Positions 27,813 to 42,270 of a stretch of DNA of 64,000 nt are shown in pieces. The translations under genes and the position numbers were made by a program. The notes beneath the pieces were generated by a model, which saw nothing but the letters and a program-made list of their open reading frames with translations, ran no database searches and was not told where the DNA came from. How positions within the stretch are numbered: the stretch's first letter is position 1; each line of letters starts with the position of its first letter. Source of the stretch: Anolis carolinensis (Eukaryota); NCBI RefSeq assembly GCF_035594765.1, contig NC_085842.1, positions 121,533,036-121,597,035 on the forward strand, read 5' to 3'.

Positions 27813-28042
27813 CCGGGCTGTGGCGCAGGCGGGAGAGCAAGCCAGCTACAATTACCTGCAATGAATCACTCTGACCAGGAGGTCATGAGTTCGAGGCCCG
27901 CTCGGAGCTATGTTTGTTTGTCCTATGTTAAAAGGCATTGAATGTTTGCCTATATGTGTAATGTGATCCGCCCTGAGTCCCCTTCGCGGTGAGAAGGGCG
28001 GAATATAAATGCTGTAAATAAATAAATAAATAAATAAATAAA
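27813..28042 (+). mobile_element. tRNA-derived SINE with L2-like tail and (TAAA)n
   Basis: A box tggcgcagg, B box gagttcgaggcc, and tail gatccgccctgagtcccc...gggcggaatataaat. Confidence 0.75.
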
Positions 28043-29626
28043 TATGAAAACATGCCAATGTGAGTAGATCAATACGTACCGCTCCGGTTTTTCTGGAACA
28101 TGTACCAAAAGGTAATTTGTGTGGAAAGTGTGTGGCTTGTAACATCCCTCTCATCTAGTCTTGTGTGGCAGAAAACAAAAGACACTGAAGAAGAATTATA
28201 ATTCCCATTTGAGAATGAATGAAAAGGAAGAAGGTAGGCGGAAAAGGCATCTACAACCTTTTTTAAGACTAATTTATACTTTAGCATGAGCTTTTGTGGG
28301 TATGTAACTCCATTTTTTCAGTCATTAAATCTGAAGAAATGATTGTTTCCCACCAAAGTTCATGCTAAAATAAATCCCAGGTAGTTGTAAAGGGGCTGAT
28401 TGATTCCTCTCCCCCTTCATGCTTGCTTCTTTTCTAATGGGGTCTTTGGACTTTTCTACACAGACTTAAAAAATTGTATTTACCTTGTAGCTGCTGCAGT
28501 CTAGATATACAATTTTCTTCATTATTTGTTTGGATGGTAGTTTTTAGGCTTTAATCAGATTAAAAATAAAACCCTTGCTTTTACTCTTCAGTTTTACTGA
28601 AAATCTGGATTATTTTTGTGTATGTGTGGTCAGTCCTCTGAGGTGGCTTCATATAACTGTGGAGTTGAGGAGGAATTAGTGAACTGGACCACATATGAGT
28701 CTTTCAGAGAGTGAGGGAAAGGGGGAGTGTTGGGAAAGGGGGTTAAAATCAGGTGTGAAGGGAGGATGTTGATTGTTTAGAAAGGGGGTTAAAATTTGGC
28801 AGCAGAAGAATTGGTGGTGGCAAGCAGTTAAATGAAAAGCGGCTGGCATGTTTTGGCATTAAATGGAAGGGCAGGTAAAGGGACAGCTGAAGGAGCACGT
28901 TGAGCTAGTTAAATAGCAGCTACAAACACATGATTAAGCTAAGATTTCCACTTAACCAGAAATATGTATATTCACAGTCATGTGGGGAGAAAGGGAGTCC
29001 ACCTGCAAGAAATATTTGGCTGGTTATAGTGATGTGTATGATAAAGTTCAATGCAGATTGGGAAAATATGGTGCAAAACATTATTTCTTCTGTCAGTGTA
29101 GACAGGCTCTTTGAGGACAAAAGGTTTCATTTTCAAAAGGAAGGAGTGCCTACATCACTCCACCCCAACCCCTCGCTTCTTTTCTGTCTTACGAGGGAAG
29201 GAGGTGGGAGGGTTGGTGTACCTTGAGGCAGGTTATGAGTGTCTACTGACCAACTCAGATTCCTTGCTGCCAATCCCTTCTCCATTTTGGCACCTTTGAG
29301 AGGGAGGGAGTGCACCCTTCTTTTTCTATATCTGGGTTGGAGTGCTTCCCTTTTCTACTGCACTGCTTCTAAGTATCTTATTCATTGGGTCACCATAAGT
29401 CAATGTCAGTATCAATAATTGTGTTTCTAAGCATCCGTGAAATGTTGTTACACAATATATTAGCACAAAACATGTACGTACAAAAACATTGAAAGAGTCC
29501 CAGCCATTAGAAAACATGGGAAGGTACTAAAGCTTTCTAATAGTTAGGGGGGCATCATTTTATTTGTTAATTTAATTCATGGTTCTAAGAGAAAAAAATA
29601 CCATTACAATAGAAATAGCTCTCTTC

Positions 29627-29895
29627 AGCCTCCGGTAGCCTAGGGGATAAAAGCCTTGTGACTTGAAGGTTGGGTTGCTGACCTGAAAGCTGCCAGGTTC
29701 GAATCCCACCCGGGGAGAGTGAGGATGAGCTCCCTCTTTCAGCTCCAGCTCCATGCGGGGACATGAGAGAAGCCTCCCACAAGGATGGTAAAAACATCAA
29801 AACATCCGGGCGTCCCCTGGGCAACGTCCTTGCAGACGGCCAATTCTCTCACTCCAGAAGCATATCCGGTTGCTCCTGACATGAAAAAAAAAAAA
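29627..29895 (+). mobile_element. tRNA-derived SINE with polyA tail and 10-bp TSD
   Basis: TSD agctctcttc at 29617-29626 and 29896-29905. B box ggttcgaatccc. Confidence 0.88.
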
Positions 29896-29934
29896 AGCTC
29901 TCTTCCAACTGCAGTACATCACAATTACTTTTCA

Positions 29935-30080
29935 ATGTGTTGTTGAAGGCTTTCATGGCCGGGATCACAGGGTTGTTTTATGTTTTCTGGGCTGGATGCC
30001 TGCCATAGATGTGGGCGAAACGTCAGGAGAGAATACTTCTGGAACATGGCCATACAGCCCGGAAAACATACAACAACCCA
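29935..30080. mobile_element. Miniature inverted Penelope pLTR insertion
   Basis: gggttgttttatgttttctgggctg is inverted relative to cagcccggaaaacatacaacaaccc. The hammerhead core is truncated. Confidence 0.75.
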
Positions 30081-30952
30081 ATTACTTTTCATTTTGAATT
30101 TCAAATTGAACATAAGAGCAGAAACACTAGATTAAGGTGACAATGGGTATGATTTGATTTGATCCTGACCTGTTGTAGGAACATCCTGTTTCATAAAGCT
30201 GTTTGTATTTGAGGGAGTTGCCATTCTTTTGTGGGCAGAACTGCTGTCCTCATGTGCACTTAGCAACCCGAATGTATAATTTAAAAAATCCAACAACCTT
30301 CATTAGAACACATAGATCCAGCAACAGAGAGACTCTCCTAACTGTTTTCAAGTCTTGAATCCAATACATTGTTCTGTAAAGTGCTTATCTGTTCTGTATG
30401 TTCTTAAAAGTAAAGGATTGGATCTGGATATAGACAGAGACAACGAAGTTGGCAGAAGCAAGACATCCCAAGTCCCTGTCTCACAGTTCCATCACACACA
30501 CACACACACACCACCACCACCACCACCAATATAAATTATACAGAGCAATAAGAGACTTTTGCATCACACATGGAAAGTGAATTTGATGACTTTTTAGGAA
30601 TTCCCCTAATCCTAACCTCATTATGCACAGCCATCTTCCACTCAGGAGGGTTCCTCAGCTTCAGTATTTGGGATTGTGGGAAAGAGAAGACAGGGAGGTC
30701 TCCCTCTTTCAGCCCAATTTAATGTGCCTAAGTCGGGATTTAATTCAATTACCAGTTAGAGAACCCCCAGTGGTACAGCGGGTTAAACGGCAGAGCTGCT
30801 GAACTTGCGGACCGAAAGGTTGCGGTTTGAATCCGGGCAGCGGAGTAAGCTCCTGCTATCAACTCCAGCTTCTGCCAACCTAGCAGTTCGAAAACATGCA
30901 AATGTGAGTAGATCAATAGGTACTGCTCCAACGGGAAGGTAACGGCACTCCA

Positions 30953-33897
30953 AACGGAGGGCTGCACAAACACAGCAAGGACCAAGTACAGAGAGCACAA
31001 TAATCCCAAATAAACAGTTCGAGGGGAGGTCACAGGGGCTTACATGTCTTTACACTAATGCTCAGAGCATGGGAAATAAGCAAGACGAACTCCAACTCCT
31101 AGCACAGCACCACACATACGATGTCATAGGCATCACTGAAACCTGGTGGGATGACTCCCATCACTGGAATTTAACCATTGAGGGCTATAACCTCTTTCAC
31201 AGAAATAGAACAAAGGGGAGAGGAGGGGGAGTAGCTTTATATGTCAAAAACAGTTACGTTGCAGAAGAAATGCAAGACTGTAATCCGGGAAACCAGCTTG
31301 AAAGCATCTGGATAAGAATCAAGGGAACCGGGACTCAAAAAGATCTTGTCGTGGGTGTCTACTACAGACCTCCGAGTCAGGATGAAGGACTTGATGAAGC
31401 CTTCTGTCAACAGCTGACCAAACAGGCACAAAGAAGAGATATAGTAGTCATGGGCGATTTCAATTATCCCGATATCTGCTGGAAAACAAACTCAGCCAAG
31501 AGTACAAAGTCCAACAAATTCCTCACTTGCCTTGCAGATAATTTTATGGTCCAGAAGGTAGAAGAGGCAACAAGGGGATCAGCAACTCTTGATCTAATCT
31601 TAACAAATGTGGAAGACCTGATCAATACAGTTGAAGTGGTTGGATCCTTAGGGGCAAGTGACCATGTGCTCCTGCAGTTTGCAATACAAAGGAATGCTGA
31701 AACTAAGACAAGTCAAACACGCATTCTGGACTTTAAGAGAGCTGACTTCCAAAAAATGAAGGAATTACTGAGCGGCATTCCATGGACGCCGATATTAAAA
31801 AACAAGGGAGTTAAGGATGGATGGGAGTTTTTCAAAAGTGAAATACTCAAGGCGCAAATGCAAACAGTGCCAACAAAGAAGAAAAATAAGACAAGTGCAA
31901 AGAAGCCAGAATGGATGTCCAAAGAACTTCTAACTGAGCTAAAGCTCAAAAGTGACATGCACAAGAAGTGGAAAAGGGGAGAAATCACCAAAGAAGAATT
32001 CAAACGTATAGCCAACACCTGTAGGGAAAAGGTTCGCAAGGCTAAAGCGCAAAATGAGCTCAGGCTTGCCAGGGACATAAAAAACAACAAAAAAGGCTTT
32101 TTTGCTTACGTTGGTAGAAAAAGGAAGAAAAAGGAGGCGATAGGGCCATTGCAAGGAGAAGATGGGGTGATGGCGACAGGGGACAGGGAAAAGGCAGAAC
32201 TACTTAATGCCTTCTTTGCCTCGGTCTTCTCAGAAAAAGAAAGCCATCTTCAACCTCAGCAACACGGAATGGACGAAGGATTGGGGGAAATCCAACCCCA
32301 AATAGGGAAACAAGTTGTCCAGGAACACTTGGCCTCTCTAAACGAATTCAAGTCCCCAGGGCCAGATCAGCTACACCCAAGAGTACTGAAGGAACTAGCG
32401 GAAGTTATTTCAGAACCACTGGCAATTATCTTCGAGAGTTCTTGGAGAACGGGAGAAGTCCCAGCAGATTGGAGGAGGGCGAATGTGGTCCCTATCTTCA
32501 AGAAGGGAAAAAAGAACGACCCAAACAATTACCGTCCGGTCAGCCTCACATCAATACCAGGCAAAATTCTGGAAAAGATCATTAAGGAAGTGGTCTGCGA
32601 ACACTTAGAAACAAATGCGGTCATTGCTAATAGTCAACACGGATTTACCAAAAACAAGTCATGCCAGACTAATCTGATCTCTTTTTTCGATAGAGTTACG
32701 AGTTGGGTCGATACAGGGAATGCTGTGGATGTAGCGTACCTGGATTTCAGTAAGGCCTTCGACAAAGTCCCCCACGACCTTCTGGCAAACAAACTAGTAA
32801 AATGTGGGCTAGACAAAACTACGGTTAGGTGGATCTGTAATTGGCTAAGCGAACGAATCCAAAGGGTGCTCACCAATGCGTCGTCTTCATCATGGAAAGA
32901 AGTGACAAGTGGAGTGCCGCAGGGCTCCGTCCTGGGCCCGGTTCTGTTCAACATCTTTATTAACGACTTAGACGAAGGGTTAGAAGGCACGATCATCAAG
33001 TTTGCAGACGACACAAAACTGGGAGGGATAGCTAACACTCCAGAAGACAGGAGCAGAATTCAAAACGATCTTGACAGACTAGAGAGATGGGCCAAAACTA
33101 ACAAAATGAAGTTCAACAGGGACAAATGCAAGATACTTCACTTCGGCAGAAAAAATGGAAATCAAAGATACAGAATGGGGGACGCCTGGCTTGACAGCAG
33201 TGTGTGCGAAAAAGACCTTGGAGTCCTCGTGGACAACAAGTTAAACATGAGCCAACAATGTGATGCGGCTGCTAAAAAAGCCAATGGGATTCTGGCCTGC
33301 ATCAATAGGGGAATAGCGTCTAGATCCAGGGAAGTTATGCTCCCCCTCTATTCTGCCTTGGTCAGACCACACCTGGAATACTGTGTCCAATTTTGGGCAC
33401 CACAGTTGAAGGGAGATGTTGACAAGCTGGAAAGCGTCCAGAGGAGGGCGACTAAAATGATTAAGGGTCTGGAGAACAAGCCCTATGAGGAGCGGCTTAA
33501 AGAGCTGGGCATGTTTAGCCTGCAGAAGAGAAGGCTGAGAGGAGACATGATAGCCATGTACAAATATGTGAAGGGAAGTCATAGGGAAGAGGGAGCAAGC
33601 TTGTTTTCTGCTGCCCTGCAGACTAGGACACGGAACAATGGCTTCAAACTACAGGAAAGGAGATTCCACCTGAACATCAGGAAGAACTTCCTCACTGTGA
33701 GAGCTGTTCGACAGTGGAACTCTCTCCCCGGGGCCGTGGTGGAGGCTCCTTCCTTGGAGGCTTTTAAGCAGAGGCTGGATGGCCATCTGTCGGGGGTGCT
33801 TTGAATGCGATTTCCTGCTTCTTAGCAGGGGGTTGGACTAGATGGCCCATGTGGTCTCTTCCAACTCTACTATTCTATGATTCTATGATTCTATGAT
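30953..33897 (+). mobile_element. CR1 LINE, 5'-truncated just upstream of the ORF2 domains, young
   Basis: Intact ORF2, 3'UTR, (TTCTATGA)n tail, and short tcca duplication at the insertion site. Confidence 0.95.
31069..33804 (+). CDS. CR1 ORF2: APE endonuclease and reverse transcriptase (911 aa from the first ATG)
   Basis: Endonuclease motifs ITETWW, GVYYRPP, MGDFN and SDH. RT motifs [19 protein letters not shown] and FADDTK. No stop codons. Confidence 0.95.
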   Translation: MGNKQDELQLLAQHHTYDVIGITETWWDDSHHWNLTIEGYNLFHRNRTKGRGGGVALYVKNSYVAEEMQDCNPGNQLESIWIRIKGTGTQKDLVVGVYYRPPSQDEGLDEAFCQQLTKQAQRRDIVVMGDFNYPDICWKTNSAKSTKSNKFLTCLADNFMVQKVEEATRGSATLDLILTNVEDLINTVEVVGSLGASDHVLLQFAIQRNAETKTSQTRILDFKRADFQKMKELLSGIPWTPILKNKGVKDGWEFFKSEILKAQMQTVPTKKKNKTSAKKPEWMSKELLTELKLKSDMHKKWKRGEITKEEFKRIANTCREKVRKAKAQNELRLARDIKNNKKGFFAYVGRKRKKKEAIGPLQGEDGVMATGDREKAELLNAFFASVFSEKESHLQPQQHGMDEGLGEIQPQIGKQVVQEHLASLNEFKSPGPDQLHPRVLKELAEVISEPLAIIFESSWRTGEVPADWRRANVVPIFKKGKKNDPNNYRPVSLTSIPGKILEKIIKEVVCEHLETNAVIANSQHGFTKNKSCQTNLISFFDRVTSWVDTGNAVDVAYLDFSKAFDKVPHDLLANKLVKCGLDKTTVRWICNWLSERIQRVLTNASSSSWKEVTSGVPQGSVLGPVLFNIFINDLDEGLEGTIIKFADDTKLGGIANTPEDRSRIQNDLDRLERWAKTNKMKFNRDKCKILHFGRKNGNQRYRMGDAWLDSSVCEKDLGVLVDNKLNMSQQCDAAAKKANGILACINRGIASRSREVMLPLYSALVRPHLEYCVQFWAPQLKGDVDKLESVQRRATKMIKGLENKPYEERLKELGMFSLQKRRLRGDMIAMYKYVKGSHREEGASLFSAALQTRTRNNGFKLQERRFHLNIRKNFLTVRAVRQWNSLPGAVVEAPSLEAFKQRLDGHLSGVL

Positions 33898-36800
33898 TCC
33901 ATGCAGTCATGCCGGCCACATGACCTTGGAGGTGTCTACGGACAACACCGGCTCTTCAGCCTAGAAATGGAGATGAGTGCCAACCCCCAGAGTCGGACAC
34001 AACTAGACTTAATATCCGGGAAAACCTTTAACCTTACCTACCAGTTAGAGAATTATCCATATTAAATTACCAGTATTATTCATACCTACTCAGCAGGCAC
34101 TTTATTTCAATGACCTTTCTGCCCAGGTCTTTTACAGCACTTGTTAATGACAGAATTTACTTTGTTATTTGATTGGTGTGTGTTTATATTTTGTTTATAC
34201 TGAATGTCTAATGACGATATTGGGTTGGATATGTTAGATCCCATCAAAATCAGTTAGACATATGTGACCTAGTTTCCACTCTGATCAGTGGAACTAGTGT
34301 GCAACTCAATGTCAGACATTAAGGTGAATACGTGTTTTCCACAATTAATTTCTTTCCCCTCCTGTGATGGGATTTCCTCAGAGACACCTATCTTAACAAT
34401 CAGACTTACAAATGAAGTCAACATGGAAAATATGTAAATGAGGGGAATAGGGATAATCTATGACATCAAATGTATTGTTTTAAATCAGGATTAGGAATTG
34501 TGCTGCCTTCCAGATAATGCTGATCCATAACGCCCACTGTTCCTCTGTGCTGAATATTCTGGGTAGAGTTCCTGGCAGTTGCAGCTGAGAAACATCTGAA
34601 GAGCTGAAAACCACCCTCACCCCAGTTTTGATCAGTATGTGGGAGATCCCTTTGGGACTATGGAGCAGAAAAGTGGAACATTATTTGCCACAATCAAGTA
34701 AAACCAAACTTCTTTTATCTCTGTTGATCTTGATTGAGAGTTTAGTTTTATGAGGGCCCTTCTGGCATAAATGAAAAGTAGGGCTTTCTCCCCCTTGCTC
34801 CCAAAAGAAGGCAAAAATACATGCTCAGATAGCTGGTTCAACAAGGAAATGCAATGATCATTTGTCATGAAGCTCTAATATCAGTGGTGTAGAAATATTT
34901 TTGTAAGAATAGCAGTTGTTTCAAATTCCTGATAGGGCCAAGGTAGTTCTTCGCATCCTTTGTGTGCGTCACAAGAGACTCTGCCATTACATCCTGCTGT
35001 ATCCACTCCAATGAATTCACCCAGCATGAAGTGGTAAAAGAAGTAAATAAGATAGAATAAACCAACACATTCCTCTCCTGAGTATAAATCAATTTAAAGC
35101 AGAATAACATTGAAAAGAATAATAGTTTCAGTTCTTTTCTCCTGATAGCGCAAAGTGTTCTGATTTACCAAAGAAAGCTGTATCTTTATTCCTGCAGGGA
35201 GATCTCTCTTGGTTTCCACCTGTATTAGAAAGACGACCAGCTTCATTCTAACACTGCAAGCACCTGCCACCTGTTTTCCTTACCTGTGCAAGTAAGAGGC
35301 TGTGGCCAGAATCCCTGCTTAAGTTTAGCAGCCTTACTATGTGGCTTAGTGTATTTGGAAGGCAGCATTGACGTTGTTGGAGAGGGAAGCAGGTAGAGAT
35401 ACATAGAGCACATTCCTGCCACAATATCCTCTTCAGTGAATTGCTGCAGCATTTTGCTCCCCTCTGTTTGTGTCACCTGTTTGTGCTTATCTGGTGCTTA
35501 ATGGCCACACAGGATAGACTCCATACAGTTTCCCCGCCACAGAGCCTTCTCCTGCTTTCAGAAACAAACTACAGGTAGACAGAAGGTACAGTCCAGCCAT
35601 TTCCCTTTACAGATGATTTCACACATTCTCCGCCAACACTCTTTTCAGCTGCTGTGGCAGATGGCCCGATATTCTGAGGGAACACAGTGTTTGCAAAGGT
35701 TATGGGCCCTAGAAAGCACTTTAGGAAAAGGAAAGAACGCATCTGTACTTAGGTGAGCCCATTCTGAAATCCCTGTCAATAGGTGATTAGTGTAAGGCAA
35801 AAAAATGCCTCCACATGTGGGGTCAGAGTAAGTCATGCTGAACAGGCAGATCCCGCTTGAAGGTAGGAGAATATCCCATGGTTTCTGTAAAAGCAACCCA
35901 GATGGTGTAATCCATTAAACAACTTTATCAGGAAAATGGTCTGCACAATTATAATACCACGATACCACAGTAATTGCCATCACTGCATCCTATGGAATCC
36001 TAGGATTAGTAATTTTGCCATAGGCACTTGAGCTCTCTGGCCCAGAATGCCAAAAACCACAGGAAGCTACAAATCCCAGGAGTACATGGGATGACGCCAT
36101 GGCAGTTGAAATGGTATCAGAAACCATTTTCCCTAGAAGTCCTGGAAACTGCAGAAATCTTTAAAAACAAGAAATCCTGAACTCACATTCCCAGGATTCC
36201 TTGGGATGCCAAAGCACTGAACCAATGAATATATGTGGCAAACAACATCAGGTGTTCAAGACAGCAAAAATGAGTAATGAGGAAGAAAAGACAAGTGAGG
36301 AGAGGCTGTAGCAGTTTCCTTTTGCCCGAGTCTACAAGGAAGACAGACTTAATTGAATGCAAACTACTTTTGCACTTCAAACTCAGCAACTGAAACTGAG
36401 GACAAAGGGTGAAAGTGGGAGGAGAGAGACCAGTGGGACATTTGAAAAACAGCTGAGAAGGTGGGCCAACAAAGAATCAATTAGAACTCCTCTTGCCAAA
36501 GTAGGTCAGTTGGAGGAGATGTGACAATTAATTGAGACTCTCCTGCTAAATTGGGACAGTATGGGTTTATAATGTAAATACACAGCCTATTGAACATTGT
36601 CAAGAACATGAGTTTTGCCACGTTTTTCTTCATTTATTGTATGTACTTGCTTGTCTTGACTATATATTATGTGCAGTGAGTGAGGAGTGTGTAATTCTTT
36701 AACCATGCTAGTATTTGCTTGTTAGCTAGGAAACGTTTGTCTTGTCTGGTAGAGTTCTGCCATGCATCTGTACGGAGAGGCAGTAACAGGCACGTAGTTT

Positions 36801-37904
36801 CAAGGCTTTTCTTGTGGAACATTTCAAACATTTTCTTTTAATAAGCCAGTCTGGGGGAAATTCACACAAAAGGGATTGGCGTTGCCTATTGATAAATGGT
36901 ATGAAAGCTGGAATAGCTTTACCTATAAATGTATTGTGCTGTTATTTACTCCTCAGATCTAACTATGTGTGACATGCTATACTGTGATCAGCCCTCTTGT
37001 CTTGAATAAAGCTTCTAGACTAGGAGAGCTTTATTTCCTGAACTGGATTTTGCCTGTACATGACATACAGTAGCATTTACTAAATATTGCTGAATTGCAG
37101 ACAGATTTGTTCTGTACTGAGCTGTTAAATCGCATTTTTGCCATTACAACTACTCGACAACAAGCCTCTTCAAAAGGCTTTGGAATAAAAGCTGAAGTTT
37201 TGCACTTGATAGCAACTGCACAAACAAAGGAGAAGTTGCAATAAGTGGAAAGTGATGTTTGGATTATTACAATGGACTGGTTGATGCATTGCACTGCAGC
37301 AGACTCATGTTGGGAAGCTGCGCCTAAGCCCAGCACCCTGAAGGTATAATACAGACTTTTATTTACAGTAGTATTTCCAATTCTGGTGTTCGCTAGATAC
37401 ACTGAAGTAAAACACTCACCATCCACATATGACTATTTATTAACCATGGATAACATAGTGCAATATATTTGGAGGGTGCCTATTTGGAGAGAAAGGTTGG
37501 TTCCCATAAACCACTTTCATTAGTACAAAAATGAATGAAGGGGTGACATGTGTATGGAAGATTTCTAAATGAAGACATTATTATTTTGGTAACAGTCTAG
37601 TGAATATTATGGCAAGAGAGACACTCAAAGGAAATTTAAGAGCTTAGGTCAAAATCTAATTGTGAGCCCCACCTATAACAGTGCAGCTTAATGAAGCTGA
37701 TATAAATGCTGATATACCAACTTCACACTGCTTTCAATAAATCTACCCTATTTTCATCCCCAATGTAATACCACCATTCAACCTTCAATATATATTGTTC
37801 TTGTGCTATCTTCATTTCCTTTTACACAATTAGTAATACATTTGAAATCTTGGTGACTAGTTTTCCATTCACTTTTATCAGAGCATTTCTAGAAAGGAAG
37901 ACAT

Positions 37905-38076
37905 NNNNNNNNNNNNNNNNNNNNNNNNNNNNNNNNNNNNNNNNNNNNNNNNNNNNNNNNNNNNNNNNNNNNNNNNNNNNNNNNNNNNNNNNNNNNNNNN
38001 NNNNNNNNNNNNNNNNNNNNNNNNNNNNNNNNNNNNNNNNNNNNNNNNNNNNNNNNNNNNNNNNNNNNNNNNNNNN
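37905..38076. other. Assembly gap (N run)
   Basis: Direct observation. Confidence 1.
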
Positions 38077-39098
38077 TTATTAGACTTGTTTTTATATTTT
38101 TTTAAATATTTTTCTCTCTCTCTCTCGGTGACCATAATGTGATTGTCTCAGTTTCTCGACCAAACAAACACACTAATATTTTTTTTTCTTTTTTTAAAAT
38201 CTGAAACAGTGATTGTGCCTTCTGGCTGATGTATGTACAGGGTGATCTGAATTGGTGCCCATTTGCAATAGTGTTAACACAATGCCCACAGCTCTACTAG
38301 AACTGATACCAACAAACTACTGAATCTAAACAGACTACACCCTGTAACTGTGTTATACTGTCCACAATGGAATCTTCAAAGACAAACAGAGTATGAAATT
38401 TATCAGTAGTGATTTATAGCCACCATTTTGAATTCAACTTTACACTCTGCCCTCTTTGAATAAATTAACTTTAGGCCAGACAAAAGCAGGGTCGGAGTGC
38501 AAGTGCAGGTTTATATTCCTTAATATATTTCTGTTACTATTTCCAGTGCTCTGTTGCTCCCGTTCTCCTCATTTCTTCCAGTTGCTACACACAAATCACC
38601 CCAGAAGTCATGTAATAAATGAACCTGTATTTTGCTTTTTAAATGAAAAACCTCTAGAACGTTTATCAAACAAGCAGCCTGAAGGATCTTTATTTCTCTC
38701 CGTCAGCTGGTCTAGTGGAGGTGGGTGGCCCTCTTGGATTTCTTGAAAGTTTGCTCACATGTGAATGGAGTGAGGTAATATAAGATGAGGCCTTCTCTCT
38801 TAATATTTTTGTTTTGATTTTTTTTTCTTTAGACCCAGAACAAGTGGGTAATATTTATGGGGTACTTTTGAATTTGCACGGTTTAAAGTTTTCAGTCTGG
38901 CTTTAGTCCACTTCAGGATGTGGTTTGTAATCACTTGGACAGCAGCATTTAACTCAAAAAATGTGAGCTTTCTTGCCACTTATTATCCCAAAGTAGCTCA
39001 GCCGAGTGCCCCCCTGTTGGTCTTCATCTCCTTAGGAGAGGAGATAACAGTTGTAACTACTGATTCATCCAGGCAAAGGATGACAGCAGGTTAATTTG
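38077..39098 (-). other. TENM2: Probable TENM2 3'UTR
   Basis: Transposon-free AT-rich segment after the stop codon. The minus strand runs into ...caagtctAATAA at the gap edge. Confidence 0.6.
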
Positions 39099-39860
<762 letters not shown>

Positions 39861-42104
39861 CTAAAACCAAGGAAAAGAAGAAAAAAGTAAGTTACTTTCT
39901 TTATAGATAAGCAGTTCAGCACAGACTCCAGGTTACAAACAAGTCTTTTAATAGTCATTAAAAGCTTCATGTGAATTAGAATTGAAATTGGGGAGAAATA
40001 CAAGACATGTTCCTTATTTCTTTTAGCAATGGACATTATCATGGGAGGATCTTTAGCAAATAATTGTTTTGCGAAGACTTTGGATGGATCAGGAAGCAGG
40101 GCTTGCTTTTTCCTTTCTCTTTGCACCATAGGTTATTTGCCAAACTGTTTTTTTTTTGAAAAGGTTAAGATGAGCTAGACTAGAGGCTTACTCTAGTTTA
40201 AATCTAGAAAGACAGGCAGATAGTTGAGCTGCAGCACATTATGAATCAGACAAATTGCAATTTTTTCAAGTATACTGGGTACAGTATTTTAAAATACATA
40301 AACTGCTTCCCTTGCTCATCCTGAACTGATCATAATCAGATCAGCTGAACTTCTGATTTTTCTTCGAACAGCCTGCTAGACAAGTCTCTTTTTGAAATTG
40401 ACAGCACAATCCTTTGAATGCCAAGTCAGAGGTAAGTCTTACTGAGTTAAAGCAAATATACACCTAGCTCACACAGTCTTGATGGTATGTTTCAGCATGC
40501 TTATCTGCTGTTAAGAATATTGATACATCATAATTCTCGATGCACATAAAAATGATGGGATACTGCATTACCTGGTGTAGTCCTACAAATGGAATCTGCA
40601 ATGGCTCCCTACTCCCAGGACTCATGGTTGTGCTGCGCTAACCCCCTGAACAACCATTTTGTATTTGGTGGAAAGTCTTGTTGAGAACAAAATAGCATCT
40701 GGTTGTGCAGCGCGGATTGATAATATCTTCCCTTGAGATGTACCAGGGTTTTGTTTGTGCTTTTCCTGCATGGAAGCAGGTTGGACTAGATGGCCCATAT
40801 GGTCTCTTCCCACTCTGTTATTTTATGATTCTGTTATTTGGTGGATGATGTCATCTGTTTATGTTTGTCTATGGGGCACAGCCAGCTCCTTCTGTGAATC
40901 CTTGCACTTACCATTAGTTGTGGAATGGCAGTTCAGAAGGGTTATTTCACAATACCATATGTTAGGGAAGGTTGGTCATTGTGAAGGTGGAAGATAATAC
41001 CAAACCTCTGTAATGACCAAAGAAAGTCACTGGGCCTACAAAAATGCAGATGCTCAAATTCAAATGGGACAACAGTGGAGGTGGCATCAAATTCTGTCTG
41101 CCAGATGTGTTGGGCAAAGTGCTGTACAGACTTATATTGTGTACATTTAAATCTGCAGATCATAAGCTGGTGGATATGGTAGGCCCATGTACCTTTGTGG
41201 GCTCTCTAGATACCTCCTTTTACTCAGTTCTTTTTACTGCAAATAACAATTGCTGACATAATCAAACAGGAGGTTCCAACAAAATGAGCATGTCTATGCC
41301 CAATAGAAGTGTAACTGTTTTGACACTCCTGTGACTTTCTTTAGACCATACAGTATGTTTTTTTACACAAGCTACAGGGTAAATTGTGCACAAAAATACA
41401 ATAATATTGTTAACATGGATGTGACTGAAGGTTGGAGTAATCATGAGAAAATTTATGTTTCTCTTTTTAATGATGCATTATCTGAAGTGTGCCTGCAGAT
41501 GAAAGAGTTTATTATATTTTATTCTGACACAATGCTTGTTAGATTAGTAAATAGAAGCCATTAGGTTAAATACAGCAACAATTTTATTAATGGGAACAAA
41601 TTAGTCAAGATTATTCTAATGTTTTAGTTATAATTCATTACATTAATCCAAAATAAAGAGTGCCTTTAATTTTATCTGAAATTGTACTTGGATTTATATT
41701 GAACAAGAGCTCAATTAATGACTTGGAATAGAAACAGCAGTCAGCCCTCCACACTTTTTAGGGTTAGAGCTACAGGACCCTTGCAAAACTGGAAAACTGT
41801 AAACAAAAACACTGCCATTATTTTTCCTCTTTTAGAATCTCTGTGTTCTGCAGTACAACTCTGTTCTTGCATTGGAAAACCAGAAATATTTTCTCTAGAA
41901 ATCTGTAGGTCCTTCAACACAACTCTACAGTGCCTTCTACCATGTTGCACTGTGGGATCTAGAGATTCCCAGGGAACATATTAATCAAATCAACAAATTA
42001 GATCTGCAAAAGTGAAACTTGCAGTGTGGAGCACAGCTGGATAGCAGTCCCCCACTACCACATATAATTTCAGGTCATGTTTGTAACAGGGTCTAAATAT
42101 TCTA

Positions 42105-42270
42105 GAGGCACCAGATCCATTCTGATCTTGAAAACTAATGGGCCAGCACTGGATGGGAGATCACCAAAGAATCTCAGTGGAAGGAACTGGCAATTTTTCC
42201 TCTTAGTATTCCTTGCCCATGAAAACTCTATGAAATTCATGGTTTAGTCTTAAGGAAATTGAAGGCACCT
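42105..42270 (+). mobile_element. Degenerate 5S rRNA-derived SINE
   Basis: ctgatcttgaaaactaa...ggatgggagatcacc, 5S-like and homologous to 52478-52660. Confidence 0.5.

Larger units (their letters stand above)
30761..34038 (+). mobile_element. Sauria SINE split by a CR1 insertion (halves 30761-30952 and about 33898-34038)
   Basis: The halves rejoin as ...ggcactcca|tgcagtcatgccggcc.... Flanking TSD taccagttaga(gaa) at 30750 and 34039. Confidence 0.9.

Noticed and set aside
31237-33582. Antisense ORFs over CR1 ORF2, also at 59945-61630
   Set aside because: Shadow ORFs of the RT coding strand.
36560-37450. Transposon-poor stretch that may be a conserved non-coding element or an extended TENM2 3'UTR
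   Set aside because: Cannot be supported without a multi-species alignment. The 131-aa ORF there has no recognisable domain or splice support.
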